Below, one piece after another: positions 42,306-51,872 of a stretch of DNA of 64,000 bases; position 1 is the first letter of the stretch, and every line of letters starts with the position of its first letter. Origin of the DNA: a virus. The notes beneath the pieces were generated by a model. It ran no database searches, was not told the origin of the DNA, and saw only the letters and a list, made by a program, of their open reading frames with translations. The position numbers and the translations under genes are program-made. The stretch covers positions 8,424-72,423 of IMG/VR virus record IMGVR_UViG_3300023301_000006; one strand, given 5' to 3'.

Positions 42306-42623
42306 TTAAATTTCTTTGTACAAATACTCTATATTCTTTAAATCAGCAATCTCATAAATTTCTTCATTAGAACGAACTTCTTTCATTTCGAGATAAGTGT
42401 TTACACTTCCATAGTTTACCATTTTAGTGTTGTATCTATTAGTATAAATTCTATAACATAAATCTCTAGTATACATATTCCAACGGTTGTTTATTAAAGG
42501 CTCCTGGCAAAATGAAATGTACCCTAATCTATCAAGTTCTTTGCACAGTTCTCTTTCGTCTTCGCCATTTCGGACTCTTACTATCGTTGTTTGTCCATTT
42601 AGGATTTCCTCATTTATTATCAC
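42306..42623 (-). CDS. family B YxEV-tail protein
   Basis: ELCKELDRLGY; ends YLYKEI. Confidence 0.7.
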   Translation of the reverse strand: MIINEEILNGQTTIVRVRNGEDERELCKELDRLGYISFCQEPLINNRWNMYTRDLCYRIYTNRYNTKMVNYGSVNTYLEMKEVRSNEEIYEIADLKNIEYLYKEI

Positions 42624-42718
42624 ACCTAACTCCTCCTTTTTTTTCTTTTTCTCTTATATTAATATTATATCACTTTTTAGATATTTCTGCAATAAAAAAA
42701 TGCAGTTTTTACGCTGTA

Positions 42719-43387
42719 CTATGCTTGTTGATTCATTTTGTTCCAATTATATAAACCATACACTGAATTTACTAAATAAGCAATCCACATAACCAACACA
42801 GAAATATCAGTTCCACCATTACTCAACGCATAAATCCAAAGGCATATGGAAGCCACATTAACGCCTATCCATAACACCCATTGTTCTACATAACGCATCA
42901 CCATTAAAATCATTGCTATAATAGATAGAATAGTTGATATTGAATCAAAGTAAGGCATATTACCACCAAGAGAAGCCAACCATTGCCCATAAAATAAAAT
43001 GGCTACAATTGCAATTACGAACCAAGTAAAACGTTGTTTTTGAGTCATAATTTTAGTTTTAACTTCTTTGACTTTTGAATTCATATATTTTCGCCACAAT
43101 AGAATACCAACAAATTGCATTGGTAAGAAAAATATTAGGTTTAACATCACTTCTCCGTAAAATTTCCATGAATAAGCCACCCAAGCATATGCTAATACGT
43201 TAACAATACCAACGTAGTAATTAGATATTTTACCTTTGGCTGCTAAAACTACACACCATATACCAGTTAAAGATGCAGTTACTCCAATCAGACCATCTCC
43301 CCAATAAAGGGATAATGATAATATTAATAGGGTAGATACCCCCAACCATATTTTTTCAAACGTCTTCCAATCATTAAAGTAATTCAT
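42719..43387 (-). CDS. pnuC: nicotinamide riboside transporter PnuC
   Basis: Multi-TM; GKISNY, YGE, PYFDS, EQWVLW..VN, NSVYG. Confidence 0.9.
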   Translation of the reverse strand: MNYFNDWKTFEKIWLGVSTLLILSLSLYWGDGLIGVTASLTGIWCVVLAAKGKISNYYVGIVNVLAYAWVAYSWKFYGEVMLNLIFFLPMQFVGILLWRKYMNSKVKEVKTKIMTQKQRFTWFVIAIVAILFYGQWLASLGGNMPYFDSISTILSIIAMILMVMRYVEQWVLWIGVNVASICLWIYALSNGGTDISVLVMWIAYLVNSVYGLYNWNKMNQQA

Positions 43388-43395
43388 AATTCCTC

Positions 43396-43695
43396 CTATA
43401 CTTCTTTATATAATGGACAGTCATCTTTTATTTCTTCATATTTGTATAAGAATACGCGAGAATTGTTGTTTGCCTCCTTTATTGAAGATTTGTAGATTGA
43501 TTTTGATGGAGGCTTGGGTATTTCATATATTATACCTTTTTCTTTCTCATCAAAGTACTTCAAATCAATTAAAGTTGAACCACTCTTCCATCTATAACCA
43601 TTCTTGTGTAGTTCTTTAGACAACTCATTTATTTGGTCTTTATTTGTGAGTATGACTCTAAGACCTTGGCTCAATAGTTCTTGCCTTATTTTCAT
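43396..43695 (-). CDS. family B YxEV-tail protein
   Basis: MKIRQELL...NGYRWKSG; ends PLYKEV. Confidence 0.75.
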   Translation of the reverse strand: MKIRQELLSQGLRVILTNKDQINELSKELHKNGYRWKSGSTLIDLKYFDEKEKGIIYEIPKPPSKSIYKSSIKEANNNSRVFLYKYEEIKDDCPLYKEV

Positions 43696-43696
43696 T

Positions 43697-43975
43697 TTAT
43701 ACCTCCCCGTATATTGGTTTTAATAGTGAAATGGCATCTATTTCAATTATCTTATAATTTTGACGATAGTGACTAATAAAGCTATCTGCTTCTCAGGAAG
43801 AACTGGTCTCCCAAATATATCCTTCCCCCATCAAAAATAATGTACTATGCTCAATAGTGCGAAGTGACTTTACCAATGGACCATCGAAACTCCAGCGGAG
43901 TTTTTTGTCAATTGCATATGACTCAAACAACTTAAGTATTTCTTTAGTTCTTATTGATACCACATAGTAATTCAC
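43697..43975 (-). CDS. family C-like YxEV-tail protein with in-frame TGA
   Basis: GTG after AAGGAGGT; TGA 43793 readthrough gives ...IDAISLLKPIYGEV, like 47965 (INAIDLLSPIYKEV). Confidence 0.72.
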
Positions 43976-43976
43976 T

Positions 43977-44264
43977 TTATACCTCCTTATATAAAAAGAT
44001 TGCTTCCCATATGTCCTCAAAGTTTAGTGTGATATCATCTTTTATGTCCAAATTTTCAATTTTATCATATGACACACGAAGTTTATCTAAACGGACTTTA
44101 TAATATAAAGGATACATATATTCAGGAGGAAGCCACTCTGGCAAAAAATCCCCATCTTGCCAACGGTAACCTAACTTATTCAATGCTTTACTTACATCAA
44201 TTACATCTGGTTGATTTTCTAATATAACGCAAAATTCATCTGGTAATCCTTTTCTCAATATCAT
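43977..44264 (-). CDS. family B YxEV-tail protein
   Basis: LGYRWQDGD; ends FLYKEV. Confidence 0.75.
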   Translation of the reverse strand: MILRKGLPDEFCVILENQPDVIDVSKALNKLGYRWQDGDFLPEWLPPEYMYPLYYKVRLDKLRVSYDKIENLDIKDDITLNFEDIWEAIFLYKEV

Positions 44265-44267
44265 ATT

Positions 44268-44681
44268 TTACACCTCCTGGTATAGATGGAATGGTCTAAC
44301 TAACATATCAGAATGAAAAGAATAGCCAGTCTCTCCGTCTAGGTTGTATAAGTCATTTTGCTTTCTTGTTATTTCAAAAGTTTTTCCGCAGAACTTATTC
44401 ATCTCTGCCGAAAAACCGTATCGAACGTCACTTATCTCAAATTCCCCCTGTAGATGATGGGTAGGGTTAATTAGAAAGTGTTTTTCAAACTCCTTTTTGG
44501 TTTTTACCCTTACTATGTCCCCAACTCTATAGACAGGAGAATATAGTTCTAAACTATCTGGTTTGAACGTAAAATCGAGTCTCTTTCTCTTGAGAAATGG
44601 TCGATTGTCGTTAACCTGAAAAGCCATTCCTTTGTGGGTTCCATCTTTCGTTGTATGTAACACATCCATTGCAATTCCCAT
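44268..44681 (-). CDS. family A YxEV-tail protein
   Basis: YRVGDIVRVKTKKEF...MNKFCGK...FHSDML; ends LYQEV. Confidence 0.75.
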   Translation of the reverse strand: MGIAMDVLHTTKDGTHKGMAFQVNDNRPFLKRKRLDFTFKPDSLELYSPVYRVGDIVRVKTKKEFEKHFLINPTHHLQGEFEISDVRYGFSAEMNKFCGKTFEITRKQNDLYNLDGETGYSFHSDMLVRPFHLYQEV

Positions 44682-44892
44682 AAATTCACCCCTTTAAAAT
44701 TTTATTTTTTATTTCTTTCTTATACTTATATTATATCACTTTTTAAGAAAACTTACAACAAAAAAAAGTAGAAAAATAAATTCTACTCTGGATTTCATAC
44801 TAATTAAACATTATAACTAACATGATTATGATAAACGCTCCCCCAACTAAAGTCAATAAGAATGTGATTAGTAAATCTCCCATAATCTCCTC

Positions 44893-45090
44893 CTAGCCTA
44901 TTAAAATTGTACCAATGACGAAACTAAAACAAATTACAACAAAGGTTAAGTACCATACAAAAGGTTCGTCTTTTCGTTCATTTATGCCAAATGCGACCAA
45001 TTCTGCAACAAGAAATACTATTGTTACTGTAATTACAATTACTAGTATGCCAGTAAGGAGCCTTGTAAAAAGACCAATCATTGCTTCCAT
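44893..45090 (-). CDS. small membrane protein
   Basis: Two TM segments; RBS supplied by the upstream YEEV codons. Confidence 0.6.
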   Translation of the reverse strand: MEAMIGLFTRLLTGILVIVITVTIVFLVAELVAFGINERKDEPFVWYLTFVVICFSFVIGTILIG

Positions 45091-45092
45091 AA

Positions 45093-45392
45093 TTAAACCT
45101 CCTCATATAAAAAATTTTTATCTAAGATTTCTTCAAAACTAAAAATGTCATAACCCTTCCTAAGATAAACACAAACAGAAGCTTGATACACTTCTTTTTC
45201 TCCACCAAATGGCTTAACACGGTAAGCACGATTTCCCCCCGTTAAACCGAAGTAATTTAATTCCCTTAAGTCTTGTCCCATAGCCCAACTGTAGCCAATG
45301 CGATTTAACTCCATTGAAAGCTCATCAATTTGTTTCATCGTTCTTACTTTTACTACAAATCCTGTATCTAGTAACTTTCTCTTTATTTTCAA
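45093..45392 (-). CDS. family B YxEV-tail protein
   Basis: IGYSWAMG; ends FLYEEV. Confidence 0.75.
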   Translation of the reverse strand: MKIKRKLLDTGFVVKVRTMKQIDELSMELNRIGYSWAMGQDLRELNYFGLTGGNRAYRVKPFGGEKEVYQASVCVYLRKGYDIFSFEEILDKNFLYEEV

Positions 45393-45395
45393 TGT

Positions 45396-45845
45396 TTACA
45401 CCTCCTTGAAGATGATTGGGATTTTAGTCAACATGTCTGCATCGAAAAGGTGGTAGGCGGTTTCATCATTAGCGTAGTCTTTACACTCATCTAGAATGTA
45501 CACACCTTCTTCTTCAATACTTTTTATCTTAAAGATTTTACCACTAAGCTTATTCATATTTGTAGAAAAATAACACCTAGTTGTTACAAAAAAGCCATCA
45601 GAGAATGGGGATTTTTCAACTCTAAAATATCTACTAAATTCTTCTTTGGTCTTAACCCCAACTATTTCTCCAATTCTAAACTTAGGACTATAAGGTGTTA
45701 AATTACTCTCTTTAATAATTATTGAGGTGTCTATCTCACCTAAGTAGCACGGAAAAAAAAGACCCTCACTCAAAGAACACAATTGAAAACCACCTTTAAT
45801 ACTGTTGTCTTTAGTACTGTATAGTCGTGTCGTTATTATTTTCAT
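45396..45845 (-). CDS. family A YxEV-tail protein
   Basis: FRIGEIVGVKTKEEF; FDADML; ends IFKEV. Confidence 0.75.
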   Translation of the reverse strand: MKIITTRLYSTKDNSIKGGFQLCSLSEGLFFPCYLGEIDTSIIIKESNLTPYSPKFRIGEIVGVKTKEEFSRYFRVEKSPFSDGFFVTTRCYFSTNMNKLSGKIFKIKSIEEEGVYILDECKDYANDETAYHLFDADMLTKIPIIFKEV

Positions 45846-45847
45846 TT

Positions 45848-46276
45848 CTACACCTCCTTGTATATAATATTGTGTAACTTGACAAGCATGTCTGAATCAA
45901 AATAAAACCCCATTCCATTTACTAATCTAAAAGTACCATCACTGGTTTTATGACTTATCTCATATTCTTTTCCACAAAATTCATTCATGTCTTGTTGAAA
46001 ATTAGAACAAGTAATTACCCTAAATCCCCATGGTTGGTCATTTAAGATTGTAAAGTCTTTTTCAAATTCTCTTTTAGTCTTAACTCTAACCGTTTCTCCA
46101 ATTCTAAATCTAGGAGCAGTCAACTTAATGACAGATGAATCATCAATGTGAATATTAAAGTAGGAACCTTTTTGGAAAATCTCATATCTATTACCATTTC
46201 TTATTGACTTGATAAAGAAATTTCCTTTTATAGTTCCATCAGTTGTTTTATATAGAGTTTCTTTTTTAAAGTCCAT
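45848..46276 (-). CDS. family A YxEV-tail protein
   Basis: FRIGETVRVKTKREF; FDSDML; ends IYKEV. Confidence 0.75.
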   Translation of the reverse strand: MDFKKETLYKTTDGTIKGNFFIKSIRNGNRYEIFQKGSYFNIHIDDSSVIKLTAPRFRIGETVRVKTKREFEKDFTILNDQPWGFRVITCSNFQQDMNEFCGKEYEISHKTSDGTFRLVNGMGFYFDSDMLVKLHNIIYKEV

Positions 46277-46675
46277 TTATACCTCCTCGTAAATACTTAA
46301 TACATTAACCAACATATCAGCGTGAAAGTAAAACCCTCCATTTTCCTCTGATAAATAAGTGTCAGAAGTGTCATCTTCTTTTCTAACCCTAAAAATCTTT
46401 CCACTATATTTGCTCATCGCCTCAAAAAACATAATAGATGCACCATGTACGGAAAATAAATTGTCATACTTACTTTCTTTAATTAAAAAATGTTTACTGA
46501 ATTGCTCTTTAGTTTTTATTGCAACTAACGTCCCACTCCTAAAATTAGGAGAATACTTTCTTACTCCCTCTTTCTTTGGATTAAAATTAAGAAACTCACC
46601 TTTTAAAAAAGCTTCACCCCCTTGAAGTTTAAAAACTTCTCCTTCTTTAGTGATATACAGTACATATTCCTCCAT
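46277..46675 (-). CDS. family A YxEV-tail protein
   Basis: IKTKEQF; FHADML; ends IYEEV. Confidence 0.75.
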   Translation of the reverse strand: MEEYVLYITKEGEVFKLQGGEAFLKGEFLNFNPKKEGVRKYSPNFRSGTLVAIKTKEQFSKHFLIKESKYDNLFSVHGASIMFFEAMSKYSGKIFRVRKEDDTSDTYLSEENGGFYFHADMLVNVLSIYEEV

Positions 46676-46677
46676 CT

Positions 46678-46968
46678 TTAAACCTCCTTATAGATTACAT
46701 TTTCTTCCCAAATGTCTTTAAACTTATAAGACCCCTTCCAAGAAGGTGTGTAATCAGATAGTTCGCTATATGTTATCCTGGCAAGGTCTATATGAATTTC
46801 ATAATAAACAGGGAAAAAGGATTCTGGTGGAAACCAGTCTAGAGGGGCGTCACCCTCTTGCCACTTATATCCAATCGTATCTAATTCCTTAGAGATTTGA
46901 ATGGCTTCTGATTTATCCATTACTTTAACAATAAATCCTCTTTCCAATAATATTTTCTTTATAAACAT
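46678..46968 (-). CDS. family B YxEV-tail protein
   Basis: IGYKWQEGD; ends IYKEV. Confidence 0.75.
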   Translation of the reverse strand: MFIKKILLERGFIVKVMDKSEAIQISKELDTIGYKWQEGDAPLDWFPPESFFPVYYEIHIDLARITYSELSDYTPSWKGSYKFKDIWEENVIYKEV

Positions 46969-46980
46969 GTTCTACCTCCT

Positions 46981-47406
46981 TTAGATTTCTGAATATATTT
47001 CATTGTTTTCTGCGAACATTTCTCTAGAGAACACATACGAGCCAACACCTTTTAAATCATATGAATTTATTGAAGGGTTAGCGTGGATTATAGTATACGT
47101 TTTACCACAGAATTTATTCATGACTTCTGAGAACAAACGTGGAACTCTAGCTCTAAAGTTAGATTGGCTCCCTACAACAAGATTACTATGATTTTTTTTA
47201 AACTCTTGAAACGTTTTTATTCTAATCCTACTTCCTTTTCTGAATTGGTTTATCCTATATACATCAAAAGTTTCTCTCAGTTGACTCTCTGAGTAGACTT
47301 TGCCTTCCACAGTTCCTCCCCCTACTACTCTTCTGTGTTTCTCAATGATAGATATTACTCCAGTTTTCTTATGTATCAATTGACTCCCTCTTTCTATTAA
47401 ATCCAT
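46981..47406 (-). CDS. family A protein, tandem duplicate of 47435..47869
   Basis: RIKTFQEF; MNKFCGKTY; ends EIYSEI. Confidence 0.75.
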   Translation of the reverse strand: MDLIERGSQLIHKKTGVISIIEKHRRVVGGGTVEGKVYSESQLRETFDVYRINQFRKGSRIRIKTFQEFKKNHSNLVVGSQSNFRARVPRLFSEVMNKFCGKTYTIIHANPSINSYDLKGVGSYVFSREMFAENNEIYSEI

Positions 47407-47434
47407 CTATTCTCACTTCCTCTCCAAATATTCT

Positions 47435-47869
47435 TTAGATTTCTGAATATATTTCATCGTTCTCTGCAAACATTTCTCTAGAAAACCCATACGAATTAAT
47501 ACCGTCCAACTCATATAAATTCCATTCAGGTGTGGAGTGAACTATAGTATACGTTTTGCCACAGAATCTATTCATTTCTACTGAAAATGAACGGGGAACC
47601 TTAACTCTGAAGGGAGGTTGGTTTCCTAGAACAAGACCCTTATGACTCCTTTTAAACTCTTGAAATGTTTTTATTCTAACTCTGTCCCCCTCCTTAAATT
47701 GATGTATTCTATATCCCTCAAAAGTTTCTTTTAGTTGACTCTCTGATAGGTAGTTACCCCCCACTAAATAAGCTATAGTTCCATTGTCTCTTCTTACGTT
47801 TCCTTCATTAACAAATACTTCTTTGGTTTTTATAGATACTAATTGGCATCCTCTGTTCGTAAGACTCAT
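47435..47869 (-). CDS. family A protein
   Basis: FKEGDRVRIKTFQEF; ends EIYSEI. Confidence 0.75.
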   Translation of the reverse strand: MSLTNRGCQLVSIKTKEVFVNEGNVRRDNGTIAYLVGGNYLSESQLKETFEGYRIHQFKEGDRVRIKTFQEFKRSHKGLVLGNQPPFRVKVPRSFSVEMNRFCGKTYTIVHSTPEWNLYELDGINSYGFSREMFAENDEIYSEI

Positions 47870-47964
47870 TTATTTCCACTCCTTTATATTTTTTATTTCT
47901 TTTCTTATACTTATATTATATCAGAAAATGAATAAAATTACAAGAAAAAAATGTAGCTTTCAAG

Positions 47965-48246
47965 CTACACCTCTTTGTAAATTGGTGAGAGTAAATCAAT
48001 TGCGTTAATTATTTGAAAATTACTTGGATTCTTTTCTTGTTGAATGTATCCATCATTAACTGCTACATCAATCGTCCAGAAGTCTTGCTCACCCATCAAG
48101 ATAATCTCAGTTCTTCTTCCCATAAGTATTTTGAAATCAGAGTCTATATTATCATTATTATAAAAAAGATTATTAGTCTGTGCGTAGTGATATACTATTT
48201 CTATATCAGTTTTATTTCTTATTCGGATTATTGTGTAGTCCTTCAT
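47965..48246 (-). CDS. family C YxEV-tail protein
   Basis: IDSDFKILM; ends PIYKEV. Confidence 0.75.
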   Translation of the reverse strand: MKDYTIIRIRNKTDIEIVYHYAQTNNLFYNNDNIDSDFKILMGRRTEIILMGEQDFWTIDVAVNDGYIQQEKNPSNFQIINAIDLLSPIYKEV

Positions 48247-48250
48247 ATTA

Positions 48251-48532
48251 TTACACCTCTTTATAAAATCCTAAGGGCAAGTCAATTGCGTCAATTACTT
48301 GAAAATTGTCAAGATTCATTTTTTGTTGGCGATATCCATCTCTCAGTGCTATATCAACCGTCCAGAAGTCTGTCCCATCTATCAAGATAATTTCAGTTTC
48401 TCTTCTCATAAGTATTTTGAAATCAGAGTCTATTTTATTCTTATTATAAAGAAGATTATTTGCAAGTGCATAGGAGTATATTAACATTATGTCAATTTCA
48501 CTTTTTACTCGGATTATCGTATATTTTTTCAC
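48251..48532 (-). CDS. family C YxEV-tail protein (tandem duplicate)
   Basis: IDSDFKILM; ends GFYKEV. Confidence 0.75.
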   Translation of the reverse strand: MKKYTIIRVKSEIDIMLIYSYALANNLLYNKNKIDSDFKILMRRETEIILIDGTDFWTVDIALRDGYRQQKMNLDNFQVIDAIDLPLGFYKEV

Positions 48533-48536
48533 GTTA

Positions 48537-48794
48537 CTATACCTCCTTGAATATCACTTCAAACATGGTTTCTCTTATGTCTATTGTTTCATAAGTGAAA
48601 CCCATAGATTGTAGAGCTTTTAATTCCTTGTTGTAATCTACGCCAAAACTAACCCGATTCCATACACTTATACACCCCACTTGTGCCCTTGAGGGTATAT
48701 CAGAAGAATAATTGTGAATTCCTGCTGACCTTAAGTACTCTGGGAAATGTCTACGATTAAATCCAATTCTAAAATCTATTACTTTATAATCCAT
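48537..48794 (-). CDS. YxEV-tail protein
   Basis: Ends VIFKEV. Confidence 0.7.
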   Translation of the reverse strand: MDYKVIDFRIGFNRRHFPEYLRSAGIHNYSSDIPSRAQVGCISVWNRVSFGVDYNKELKALQSMGFTYETIDIRETMFEVIFKEV

Positions 48795-48795
48795 A

Positions 48796-49071
48796 CTACA
48801 CCTCCTTGTAAATGTAAATAAAATCTTTTATATATTTAATGCCTAACTCTTTCACTTCATTTCCTCTTTTTTTCTCATATCCAAGAGAATCATCATAGTT
48901 CTCCACAAGCCAGATAGAGTTATTTTCTATTATTACTCCTTGACAAGGGTAATTAATTAGTGCGTTTTCGTTTCCTGCGTGTTCTCAGACGTAATCCTTT
49001 ACTTTTGAAAAAATATAGAACATGTGTTTCTCAGAAAGATTAGTTAATCTAATTAAATCTATGGAACTCAT
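48796..49071 (-). CDS. YxEV-tail protein with in-frame TGA (absent from the ORF track)
   Basis: ATG after AGGAGGTG; TGA 48985; ends IYIYKEV; fills the gap exactly. Confidence 0.72.
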
Positions 49072-49073
49072 AA

Positions 49074-49364
49074 TTACACCTCCTGATATAATGGAAAAGT
49101 GTCTAGAACTTCTATAAAATCATAAACTCGATTACCCTGTCTTTTATAATAAGAAACGGGACATTTTGTTACTAATTTAGAACTACGTATGTGGTAGGCA
49201 ATATCCCTTTCTGCTCCTTCAAAGTAGTTAAGTTTTTCTAAGTCTCGTCCACTTTCCCATTGACAACCATCGTCACTTAACATTTTTGAAAGCATTCTGG
49301 TTTCATCGAGAGTTCGTAATCTTACTACAAATCCATTTTCTAATAAATCTCTTCTTATTTTCAA
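49074..49364 (-). CDS. family B YxEV-tail protein
   Basis: DGCQWESGRDL; ends LYQEV. Confidence 0.75.
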   Translation of the reverse strand: MKIRRDLLENGFVVRLRTLDETRMLSKMLSDDGCQWESGRDLEKLNYFEGAERDIAYHIRSSKLVTKCPVSYYKRQGNRVYDFIEVLDTFPLYQEV

Positions 49365-49367
49365 AAA

Positions 49368-49814
49368 TTACACCTCCTTGTACGTTTTATCAACGGGTCC
49401 AATTAACATATCTGCGTCAAAGCTATAAGGACTTCCTTCAAGACGATAAGTCCCATCAAAAGTAACAGTAGACACTTTAAATTTTTTGCCACAATGGTCA
49501 TTCATACTGGGTAAAAAACCCTTTTTTGTATCAACTAAGAATCCACTGAATTCATCTTCTGGGAATCCCTCAACGACTGTAAAATTCCTTTTAAACTGCG
49601 ATTTAGTTTTTACCCACACTATATCTCCGACAGAGAATCGAGGAGAGTCGAGAATTAGCTCCTCTTCTTTAAGAATAACATCAAAATCCGTAACTCCTTT
49701 ATAGATAGGGTGATATACGGGGTTGTGATTACAAGATGAAGCAGGTCTAGTGGTAAATCCACCTTTGATTCTATTCCCCTTTGTCTTGTAAAGTACACAT
49801 TGACATTCTATCAT
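49368..49814 (-). CDS. family A YxEV-tail protein
   Basis: FSVGDIVWVKTKSQF; FDADML; ends TYKEV. Confidence 0.75.
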   Translation of the reverse strand: MIECQCVLYKTKGNRIKGGFTTRPASSCNHNPVYHPIYKGVTDFDVILKEEELILDSPRFSVGDIVWVKTKSQFKRNFTVVEGFPEDEFSGFLVDTKKGFLPSMNDHCGKKFKVSTVTFDGTYRLEGSPYSFDADMLIGPVDKTYKEV

Positions 49815-49816
49815 AT

Positions 49817-50119
49817 CTACACCTCCTCGTATAAGAATTTGCATACGTAAATTTCTTTATAATTATAAACAACAAGTCCTTGTTCTTCATATGTCACAGC
49901 ACTATTGTATGACACAAACCCACCTTTCCAGCCAGGTTCCATACTATACGCCAAGGTACCTAGGGACATTCCGAAGAAGTTATGTTGTATTAAATTTCTA
50001 CCTGACCACCACCTATAATCAAGAGAATCAAGTACTATTGAGAGTTCTCTAACTTCTTCCAACGTTTCTAACTTAACTACAAATCCTTCGTCGAGTAACT
50101 TCTGTCTTATTTCCTTCAT
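49817..50119 (-). CDS. family B YxEV-tail protein
   Basis: LDYRWWSGRNL; ends FLYEEV. Confidence 0.75.
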   Translation of the reverse strand: MKEIRQKLLDEGFVVKLETLEEVRELSIVLDSLDYRWWSGRNLIQHNFFGMSLGTLAYSMEPGWKGGFVSYNSAVTYEEQGLVVYNYKEIYVCKFLYEEV

Positions 50120-50123
50120 AGTA

Positions 50124-50423
50124 TTATACCTCCTTGTACAAAAAACTTTCCTCAAGAATTTCTTCATATTCGCAAAAAATCTTCCCCGTTTTTCTACAAG
50201 ACTCAGAGTTAGTAAATCCTACGTAATGGCTTCCAGAATAAGGCTCTATTACGTATACTAAATCTCCTCTTTCTCTTGGACTAGGAGTAAAGGTCACTAG
50301 ACTTTCATTTGACCACCATTTGTAGTTAAGAAGGTCAAGTAATATTGAAAGTTCTTTGATTTCTTTCAACGTTTTTAGCTTAACTCTAAATCCTTCTTCG
50401 AGTAATTCCTGTTTTATTCTCAT
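50124..50423 (-). CDS. family B YxEV-tail protein
   Basis: LNYKWWSN; ends FLYKEV. Confidence 0.75.
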   Translation of the reverse strand: MRIKQELLEEGFRVKLKTLKEIKELSILLDLLNYKWWSNESLVTFTPSPRERGDLVYVIEPYSGSHYVGFTNSESCRKTGKIFCEYEEILEESFLYKEV

Positions 50424-50691
50424 TACATACCAGCTTCTTTCATTAGCTCCTTTTCGTAGGCGTCAGAAGCTTCAATAGATTCAATGTTCCCTTCTAGTGC
50501 ATCTCTGTACTCTCTTTCGTTAATTGCGTCCATTCCTTCGTGCTCCATAGCTTCTACTAGTTGGCATTGGTCTTCATATCTGTTAATGATTGTCATATTA
50601 TCTCACTCCTTTTTATTTTTTATTTCTTTCTATACTTATATTATATCAAAATACGAACAAAATTACAACAAAAAAAAGTAGAAAATTAATT

Positions 50692-50922
50692 CTACTCTAT
50701 TCGTTCTAAAAGTATCTTACTAGACTTTCTAAGAACATCATTTGATTCTTTACTGTCTGGTTTAAAACCAAGATTATGTTCAATGTAGTCTTGAGCTTCC
50801 TCAATATATTTCGCCATAGTCATCATCTTTCTTGTTGGATTCCCAGTTCTTAAAACATCAAAATCTTCTTCTGACATGAATGAATCTATACTACTTATGA
50901 ACTTATTTAAATTTTTACTCAT
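50692..50922 (-). CDS. hypothetical protein
   Basis: AAGGAGGTG RBS. Confidence 0.6.
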   Translation of the reverse strand: MSKNLNKFISSIDSFMSEEDFDVLRTGNPTRKMMTMAKYIEEAQDYIEHNLGFKPDSKESNDVLRKSSKILLERIE

Positions 50923-51027
50923 ACTAACACCTCCTTACATAAGTAAATACCCTAAGACGAACACAAATCCCATAATAAAACACATGAATAACAATACAAT
51001 AATTAGTTTATTCATATTATTTACCTC

Positions 51028-51330
51028 CTAGTTTAAAGTTCTTCTTAAAATTTCCCAGTACTCTAATGTGATAACTTTTTCCACAAACTCATAATCCACT
51101 TTACCTAGTGCAAAGCCAGCTATCATTCCATCTAAATATGTGTCTAAGTTTAAATGGTTGGTATCTGCATAATCAACTATTGAATTTGTTTCTGTGTTTA
51201 CTATCGCAAAGGTTTGCCCATCACTATTGTATATGTCATCAAATCTTATGTCCCCAAAATTCATGTCCATACTGGTAAAATATGACATCACTTGCGGGTC
51301 CACGATGTAATATTTCTCAATTATTAACAT
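51028..51330 (-). CDS. hypothetical protein
   Basis: ORF track, operon packing. Confidence 0.6.
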   Translation of the reverse strand: MLIIEKYYIVDPQVMSYFTSMDMNFGDIRFDDIYNSDGQTFAIVNTETNSIVDYADTNHLNLDTYLDGMIAGFALGKVDYEFVEKVITLEYWEILRRTLN

Positions 51331-51331
51331 A

Positions 51332-51727
51332 TTACTCGCCTCCTTCTGGGTCTTCTATTTTATAAGTAGTGACTGGGGTGATTTTAAGTGATTGAATAAA
51401 AACACATGAGGTTTCAGCAAATCCACGAATACTATCTTCTTCTTCTTCTTCGACTTTGCTAAAGTCAAACATCTCACACTCTGAAAACTCAAAGTAAGGT
51501 GTATTGACGATTGCCCCAAGAACATCATTCTTGTCTGTTAAACACACTGGAACGCAACGTACTTCACTGTGTTTGCCATCTAAATCACTCATCATCCATT
51601 CATCTCTTAATATATCAAACAATTCTTCAGCCTTATCTCTGCGGCACAATATTCCTTCAAATTTTATTGCTCCTGAGTACCACCCTTTTCCACGAAACCC
51701 CACATAAGCTAAATTCTCTAATTTCAT
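51332..51727 (-). CDS. hypothetical protein, paralog of 62596..63021
   Basis: Shared DLDGKHSEV motif. Confidence 0.7.
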   Translation of the reverse strand: MKLENLAYVGFRGKGWYSGAIKFEGILCRRDKAEELFDILRDEWMMSDLDGKHSEVRCVPVCLTDKNDVLGAIVNTPYFEFSECEMFDFSKVEEEEEDSIRGFAETSCVFIQSLKITPVTTYKIEDPEGGE

Positions 51728-51872
51728 AATTACAATACCCCCTTAGGCTTATAGTCCTTACAATTACTCACATCTGGGATTCTAAGAGATAAATCTAAAT
51801 CCCAATGACCTTCAAAACACGCCATACCATCTTTCTTCATATTCTTGCAACCGTTACATTTTAATTGCTTCA

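Noticed and set aside
42306-50423. Diversity-generating retroelement or integron
   Set aside because: No reverse transcriptase, integrase, attC-like sites or adenine-specific template/variable repeat pair was seen in this window.
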